A stretch of DNA of 64,000 nucleotides from an uncultured cyanobacterium. GTDB lineage: Bacteria; Cyanobacteriota; Cyanobacteriia; Cyanobacteriales; Nostocaceae. The stretch lies in the NCBI GenBank assembly GCA_963740315.1, contig CAVUDP010000001.1:64001-128000 (forward strand). Reading direction: 5' to 3'. The notes below the pieces were generated by a model. That model was not told the origin of the DNA, did no database searches, and worked only from the letters and a program-made list of their open reading frames with translations. This document shows positions 63,871 to 64,000 of the stretch, piece by piece. The first letter of the stretch is position 1, and every line of letters begins with the position of its first letter. The position numbers and the translations under genes were made by a program.

Positions 63871-64000
63871 TAAAAGTTTCGAGTTATATTAGTAGCTTTC
63901 CCGCGCATTGTCTTACTTCGTCTTCATGTTTTTACTTCTAAATCTGAGGTATAAAATTTAAAAACATATAAGTATTCAATAAATAATCAAATAGTTTTGA

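Noticed and set aside
1..64000. High density of GCGATCGC (HIP1)
   Set aside because: A well-known genome-wide cyanobacterial feature; used only as taxonomic evidence

Overview
This 64-kb chromosomal window comes from a heterocyst-forming filamentous cyanobacterium (Nostocales-like). The evidence is abundant HIP1 GCGATCGC octamers, heptamer STRR tracts, small dispersed repeats, psbB/psbT, a probable hpsL and hepC/hepA. The left half holds housekeeping genes (glmM, heme oxygenase, cobW, ribosomal protein S1, psbB-psbT, a peptide ABC transporter, pheT). These are interspersed with accessory genes: a DUF6745-like protein, a PEP-CTERM protein, a restriction-endonuclease-like protein, an orphan antitoxin, a PhoD-like phosphatase, a NACHT-HEAT protein and xisH/xisI. 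The right half is a heterocyst envelope polysaccharide (HEP) island of about 22 kb (rfbF, lhgO, epimerases, glycosyltransferases, Wzc-like, hepC, hepA). It is headed by a TerY-P-type vWA / PP2C / membrane kinase-TPR triad that is divergent from a PatA-type plus CheY-like regulator pair. Notable sequence-level observations: (1) a 24-nt element inserted in frame into a HIP1 site inside a CDS; (2) a 21-bp tandem array built from one arm of a REP-like element; (3) a 1.5-kb cassette bounded by a 40-bp direct repeat; (4) frameshifts in hepA and xisH; (5) a 12x33-bp repeat tail in S1. No rRNA, tRNA, CRISPR array or transposase was seen. All product calls come from recognising motifs by eye; no database search was run.
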